NCBI RefSeq assembly: GCF_902459465.1
Contig: NC_047071.1
Span: 4,774,001-4,838,000, forward strand
Direction: 5' to 3'
DNA from: Asterias rubens
Lineage: Eukaryota
DNA length: 64,000 nucleotides
The position numbers and the translations under genes are program-made. Below are positions 57,052-64,000 of this stretch, in pieces. How positions within the stretch are numbered: position 1 is the stretch's first letter; every line of letters begins with the position of its first letter. The notes under the pieces are model-generated. The model had not been told where the DNA came from. It did no database searches and worked only from the letters and a program-made list of their open reading frames with translations.

Positions 57052-57438
57052 AGGCAGTGGACACTATTGGTAATTACTCAAAATAATTATGAGCATAAAA
57101 CCTTACTTGGTAACGAGTAATGGGGAGAGGTTGGTAGAATAAAACATTGTGAGAAACGGCTCCCTCTGAAGTGGAGTAGTTTTCGAGAAAGAAGTAATTT
57201 TCCACGAATTTGATTTTGAGACCTCAAGTTAAGAATTTGAGGTCTCGAAATCAAGCATCTGAAAGCACACAACTAAGCTCCACGGTGTGACAAGGGTGTT
57301 TTTTCCTTTCATAGTTATCTCGCAACTCCGACAACCAATTGAGCTCAAATTTTCACAGGTTTGTTATTTTATGCATATGTTGAGATACAGCAAGTGAGAA
57401 GACTGGTCTTTGACATTTACCAATAGTGTCCACTGGCT
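57052..57438. mobile_element. Family-A MITE
   Basis: Family-A TIRs; TTAA at both ends. Confidence 0.9.
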
Positions 57439-59039
57439 TTAATAGTTATCAGAATCTAATCTTGATTATTAGCACATAAAACTAATTGAAGTATAACATT
57501 CTTATTGCTATGAACATAGAGTCAATTTGTCACGGAATGCTAAAAAAGTAAAGCCCACTGATAAATAGGACCATTTCCATAGAGTGGGTTTACGTCATTA
57601 TAGAATGCTAGTTGAGTTTGTGCACCAACCCAAGACTTTCTATTCACTGAGGCTTGACATGAAGTGACACTCTAGTACCACTCTAAACGCAAGACCTTGC
57701 CACTACTTCTCCCAGGGTCTTAAAACCCTCAATAGGTACAGGCCAGTATAGGCGGTAGGTGTGCAACCTCACTAAATACCCCAAATAGCTGTTGGGGCTT
57801 TTGGGTAGTGGGTATTTTCCTTCCCACTTTGAAGTTTGTTTTGTGTGCAGGCGGGCATAAATTACCCAGAAGTTTGATTGTGAATTTGTGACTAATGTAT
57901 GCATTCCTGGAGTTGTCATTACCATATCTGTTATATGAAAACCGCTGGATAAATAGACTGGTTCTAACTACAATACATCACAGCTAGTGTGTTCCTTCTG
58001 AACAGCTTTATTGTTAAAATAACTTGTGTTGGTTTAGCTTGGTTGGGTTCAGTTTGTTTTGGTTTGCTTTGATTGTTAAGAAAATAACATGCACCGAACC
58101 ATAATTACAGACTGTATATCCATGGTATATCTAGTTCTCAATACAATGTCAATGATAGTTGACACCGTGAGCTGCAAAATAAACGAAACAAGACAAAAAC
58201 CAGCTCATTTCAGCCCCTGTGTGACCAAGGAGGACTCCTCCATGGTGTCACTGTATTTTTGTCAGTTTTGTTGGCCCAGAATGAGGACACAACACAACAA
58301 TACAAAGGAAAACATTCAAAAGGTAAAGAATCTTCAAAGACCATACAAATAATCACTATAATCTCCACAAACTATTTGGGTAAAATATCGCAAGACTCAG
58401 GGAGCTTTTCTTTCTTGTCCTCTTAACTTTTCCTTAATCTCAGGCATGAAAGCACACAATTCTATGCAACAAGGGCATTTGATTTTTCTTACTTTCTTCC
58501 AACTTCAATGACCATTTGAGCACAAATAATCACATGTTTGTTGGGATCATGGTTGAATCCACCAAGTGGGATACACCAAGTGAGGATACTGGTTTTTTGA
58601 CAGTTCCGAAACAATACCTTGCCTTTGATTCTAGACTTTACTAATGCAAGTTGAAACAAAAATGGAAATTTTAGCAGCGTTTAAATACATGTTCACGGGT
58701 GAATGGGGACCAGCTATCAAGGTTGAGTCTTAAGATGGCAAACTGACTTCTGAAATCTCGAGGGGATTTAGGATTACTAATCATAAGGCAAGGACTAATG
58801 AACAATGGATCTGCAAGCTTTGTGCAAAAAGATTTGTTAATTATCACAACCCTGCCTCAAGCAAAACCCAGAAATCAGGGTGGGGGTAAGTTCACATGAG
58901 TTGCTGAACTTGTCCTGGGTGCGAAAGATCAACTTGAACCACACAACGCAAATCATTTGGGAATATCTAAATCTGTCAGATGCAAGTATGGCTTCACTCT
59001 TTGCTTCACACTAGCCAGCTGAGTCAAGGCAATATGACT

Positions 59040-59310
59040 TGGATTGGATGGCTTCACTGCTAATCCTAATACTATAGTATAGACAGCATGTGGTTGCATA
59101 CTGCCAGTGTGCGGAGACTAGTATTGCATTGATCTCGGGGTCTGTGTGCTGAGTGGTTGACAGAGGGCTTTCTCACCATCCAACCAGAGCTCTTGACTTG
59201 TGACTAATAAAAACCCAGGTATTTATGATCAGCCTACTGATGACTGTGTCCTCAACACGTGGTCACTGTAGAGGGAGTTTGACTATTGAAGTCACCATGC
59301 AATGGTAGTG
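59040..59310 (-). pseudogene. Degenerate APE-endonuclease fragment of a non-LTR retrotransposon (RTE-like)
   Basis: Minus-strand translations LHGDFNS (about 59283-59305) and EINAILVSAHWQYATTCCLY.S..ISS (about 59055-59140) resemble the GDFN and IDxILV...W...CR.Y....SDH motifs. The frame is disrupted. Confidence 0.4.
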
Positions 59311-62259
59311 TAGTCACACACTGCTGTAGTGTAGTCCACACGCAGGCCTGCCATACGCTTACAGTTACACAAGGGAAGGATTTTACCCTGGAGTCTGCGA
59401 TTGTGTTTACCATTCAGCTCATTTTATGATAGGCTACAGATGAATGATGTTTCATCACAGGCTCTACTATCATTAGTGGAAACATATTTCTATTGATCTT
59501 CACTGACAAAAGCTCAAAGAATTTTGGGATTTTTCTTTGGAGGAATTTTTCAACTCCCATGTGGTTGTGATGTGTTGGTTCAAACTTCATTGCTGTGGTG
59601 GAGTGTGTCGTCAGAGGATAACAATTTCTATCTGAAGTTTCTTTTTTTTCAGAAGGGAGTCATTTGTGGAATATTTGAGAACATTTCAGTGTAGTTGGTA
59701 TTCTTGAATCAACATACTGCCTGAAATTATCTTTGGATATTATCTGGTTTTTAGTGTGAACTAAAAACATTGCTCAATCTTTGAGGAGTTATTTTTACTT
59801 TAATTTGAGAACACCATCTTTGCCTTGGAGCAGGAGAAACTACCAGAATGGGTCTGCGGAAATTTGAGTTTGGAATCAGAGTGGTTGTTTGGTTTGGAAG
59901 CCTCGTCATGGTAAGTTGTCAATAACAATAAATTATTCTGCTTGTTTGATTTGTCTAGAACAATTCCATTAAAAGGGACTTCATTGGTCCTTTTTTCAAA
60001 ACTTAATAAACATTCTCTGAAGCATGTCTTATTATGAAGACTATACAACTGTCAAACAGTCAGTTGTAAATGATGGATGGAAATAATTTTCTGAAATAGC
60101 TAACAGAAGGGGCAATTTTAAGCGCCACATTTTGAGTTTACTCTGAACTTTTGAATGATTTTTTTTATAGAGCAAACATGGAGTACCTCTGAGACCAAAC
60201 TATAGACCTTGAGTGCTAACTCGTTTCAAAAATAAAATCCTTTGCTTTGATTTAGCTGATGAGTATTCCTTTAACTACGGCCATGGGTTTCATTCAACTA
60301 TAAAAGGAGACGATAGCGGTACCGGCCTTATAGTTCTAGAAGTAAGAATTAGGATGTTGCTAAAGATGTAAAGTGAAGTTTTGTAAGATGATGTCACTCC
60401 TAGTTTATACTGTTTAGAAAAACTTCAGTTATTAATCAAGTCTTGATTCCCCTAGTACACTCCACTGTTTGCTGTACGAGTATAAAGTGGATTTGTTGGC
60501 ATGATCTGTGGGCTAAAACTGTCCAGTCATTTTCTTGAGTGACAGTTTGGCATCACAGTAAATGTTGTTAAATGTCATTGTCCCTCCCAATAGCTCGCAC
60601 GGCACGCTGAGCTTTTGTGCTCCTGTTTACAGTTTCCACCTCTGAGATTTGTTTTGGTGGGCGGGACCCTGGTCCATCGCAATGTTTGCTTGTTAAATTA
60701 TAACTTGATCTGCAATCCACCTTGTGAGTTGATCTCTATAAACAAGTTGCCTATGAATGATTGGTGCAACTCAAAATGCTAGAATCAAGTTTTGTTTCTG
60801 AGGTTCAACAACCATAAATTAGTAACGGTTATATCTGGACATTCCAGTGGCTCAGGTGCTAAGCTCTCTTCCCATCCAGCTGATTATCTCCTGTAATTGA
60901 TGTAACAACAATAGAAGCTAACCACACAAAACCTCATCCAGGCCATTAAACCTTACAAGCCCTGGGTGAACTGGCAACAAGTGTATCGCATTGGCTACAT
61001 TGGAGTTCTGTGCCCAGGGTGCAGTGAACCACTTGCTGGTATTTGTATTATGGTAACTTTACAGGGATCAAATTATGGTAATCGGACAGGAATTAAAACT
61101 TGTAGCTACTCAGACAGTATCTTTGGTAAAAGGGGAAGGAATGTGTCTCCAATGAGTATTTATAAACCTTTCCTGATGCTACTAGTCTATACAACTTGCA
61201 AAGTGAACATTCTGGGAAAAAAATTCATAGAATTTTCTTCGTATCAAGAAACATATTAATGGTTTTGGAAATGATACTTCTTGGAAACAATGAATCATAT
61301 CACAAATATTTTGTGCTCGGAGAGTTGAACCACATGTTTTTTTTTTTACAAATAAAGAGGAACCTCACAATGTTGAGTTCAATTTCAAGTCGATTCAACA
61401 TGGTGATTATTTTATTTCATTTCATTTTATTTTATTTGCCAGCAAACTTGAAAAAAACCCACAAGTATTAAAAAAATGCACATCAAAGATTTACAAGAAA
61501 CGGTAGTACAATGGTGATAAAAAGAAAACAAATGTGTAAAAACACGAGCAAATTACTGAGAAACCTGGCCTGGCCGCGGGCAGATACAATTTTTAGTAGG
61601 AAACATTATTATAGGAATAATGGTTACAAAAAATGCAGTGGCTAGCTAGCAGAACCAGTTAGCTTGCTGTTTCCATATCCCATCAGCTTTTCAATACTAG
61701 ATTGGTTAGCGGAACCACTTTTAGGGAATTCCAACTGGTCCTTAAGTGTTTTACTTAGCATTTTGGCCAGCAGACCATAGTTGAGGGAGCATGGTGCTAT
61801 GATTCACAACGCGAGCTATAAATTCATTTCATTGATTCAGTCTTTGAAAGACTCTGAATGTCAGGCCATTTCCGCCTTTTTGCATTTATTTGATTCAGCT
61901 GCAATTCTCTCGCTATTTAATAAAAGTTGACAGGAAATTATTCCGTAATGCAGGGATTGGTACAAGCTTTATTGAATAAAAGAGGAATAAATTTGGTACA
62001 GACCAAGCAGCTGAACTTCAATAAATGTTGTGGATGCAATTAAGTGTTATCAATCAAAATGACTTAAAATTGACAAGTACAGAAAATGTACCTTTGTTCA
62101 TTATTTTACATGAAAGTGCCAATTGATATATTTTTTTAGACTTGGGCTTGGACTGTAGGTGCTTGGGGTCCTTTAAGAATTGAGAAAGCAAGCACTTTCC
62201 TTATGGGGCTTCAACCAGGCAGACAGAGCCTATAAGCCAAAGTCATGGTTTTGAAGGAC

Positions 62260-62513
62260 CAGGGCCCAATTTCATGGCTCTGCTTACCGCCGAATTCTGC
62301 CCTTACGAACACTATTCCCCGCTTACGTGCAAGCGCCGAATTTCTGCGCTAGCCTTGTAAGCGTAGAATACCTAGTAATGTGAAGTACGCAAGCGCAGAA
62401 GCCAAAATTCGCCGCTAACCCGTGAACTACGCTTGCCGTAAGCACAGAATTCCCTGCTTCCGTAAGCGCCGATTCTGTGCTTGCGGTAAGCAGAGCCATG
62501 AAATTGGGCCCTG
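62260..62513. mobile_element. Family-H MITE (inverted relative to 11966-12219)
   Basis: CAGGGCCCAATTTCATGGCTCTGCTTACCGC...GCGGTAAGCAGAGCCATGAAATTGGGCCCTG. Confidence 0.85.
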
Positions 62514-64000
62514 TACGTACCCTGGAGCAGCCACGTCTTGCTTTGTCTTCCAATCAAGTAACTGTCTCCATAGTGAGGCTGGGAAGAAAACATTCTCTAG
62601 TCCAGAGTGAATACTTGTTTTTGTTACGCAAGAAACGTAAACAAAATGGCTGTAGAATGAACTTCAACAAAACATGTACTTGACAATTTTTGTAACTTCT
62701 GTTAATTTCTCCTGTGGAAATCTACTGTGGTTTACATTTTCCCCAAACTAACACCAAGTCAAGGGTTAAGAGAACTTCAGCTTGCCTTTTTCCACTTTTT
62801 AAAAAATGATTTCATTCAGTCTGCGGGAAAGGAGGGACTTTTTCCTCAAAGGTTTCCTACTCCCTCCGGAAAGCACACCTCACCTCGCTCATATTCAAAA
62901 CCGTCCAAGATCCCAAGATTGTGCTCAAGATAATACCGTGAATCATATGAAGTCTGTGGGTTAGAGTCGTTGAATGATTGAATCTTCAGTCTCTTTCAAG
63001 CTCAAGTGACTCCCTCACTCAGGTCTAGGTCAACTTCTAAACCAGGGAGGGAGGAGGGCGTAGGGAGGGACGGCCGATGTAAGAAAGTCTGACCTTCAGG
63101 GGATGACCATCCAACAAAAAAGAGAGCTGTCACTGTCATTTTCAACCAGATGGAAACTAGATTTTGCAAGTTCATGTCTTATTTTGAATCCGGCCTGGTC
63201 TCTACATCATCATGCGTTGAAGATATAGGATGTCCTCAGCTAGCAACACCCTTAACAACAGTCACAGCCGTAACTGTAGCCTGTTATGTCCAGGGTTGAG
63301 TTAAGGGTGGGTGCTTTGATACAGTGACTCAATCTAATCTTAAGGTTCAATGAATATAGTAGCCTCTGGTAGCCTATAGCATTAACTACTACCATGTCAC
63401 TACCCTGTGTCTTAAATCCCCTTGAGAACCCAATCAAGCTTTTTCTCATCACCTTCACAAAAGGTATCTCAAAAAAATACCATGCATAACTTCTAAGGGG
63501 AAACGTTTGTAAGTTCTTCCATATTTTACTTTAAACAGGTCACTTGCATACCTTTGAGATGTTTTCTTGATAAAGTAGAATTGGAACAGGTGCATTGTGA
63601 ATCTCGGCTGTATTTTAATGTAATTTTTTTACATTATCATGTGTTTTTGAATTTGAAACATTAGTTAGCGACCTGACGATTCAAACCCTGCAGGGTCTTT
63701 TCCAAAAGCTAAATGACCAAATATTTTGAATATAAAATGACATGTGCATCAAGCTTTTTTTTTTTTTTTTAAGACATTTAACAGAAGTGATTTACACCTA
63801 ATATGAGAGGATTAAGTTTCAAAAGAAGGAATAAGTTTATCAAATAAACAAATATCAAATTTGATGCAGACCCCCAACTGCATCTAAATCAAGTTATTTG
63901 ATATGAGGACAAAGGGAAGTTGATTTACTAAATCAGACAGTGAAATCAACATGTCATGGTTATACCATCCTAGCTCTATGGTTATACAATCCGTTGAGAA

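Noticed and set aside
59800-60048. 82-aa ORF with a Penelope-like ...LLTTYH... segment
   Set aside because: The match is too short to distinguish from chance.

Overview
AT-rich eukaryotic genomic DNA with GT-AG introns. It comes from an invertebrate animal, most likely an echinoderm or sea star (inferred from the repeat content). I reconstructed four spliced genes by hand in the first 31 kb, with every splice phase checked. (1) A secreted Reeler-domain gene on the minus strand, running towards the window start. (2) MTHFS, 3 exons, 198 aa, plus strand. (3) An uncharacterised tail-anchored membrane protein of about 274 aa with 15-nt and 45-nt mini-exons, minus strand. (4) The main discovery: a 17-exon, 1156-aa gene on the minus strand. 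It combines a Melted/VEPH1-like ARM solenoid, an 11-heptad coiled coil, a Death domain, two TIR domains that both keep the NADase-type catalytic Glu pattern, and a polybasic CaaX (CAII) prenylation tail. This looks like a membrane-tethered, SARM1-analogous immune or cell-death enzyme. From about 31 kb to 64 kb I found no convincing coding exons. That region holds non-autonomous DNA transposons (several TTAA-TSD Kolobok-like families, plus elements with 3-, 6-, 7- and 8-bp TSDs), tRNA-derived SINEs, minisatellites and retroelement relics. Other notable items are Penelope-type minimal hammerhead ribozyme motifs and an about 260-bp templated insertion in which one MITE captured DNA from a locus 15 kb away. 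Homology calls rest on recalled motifs; no database search was run.
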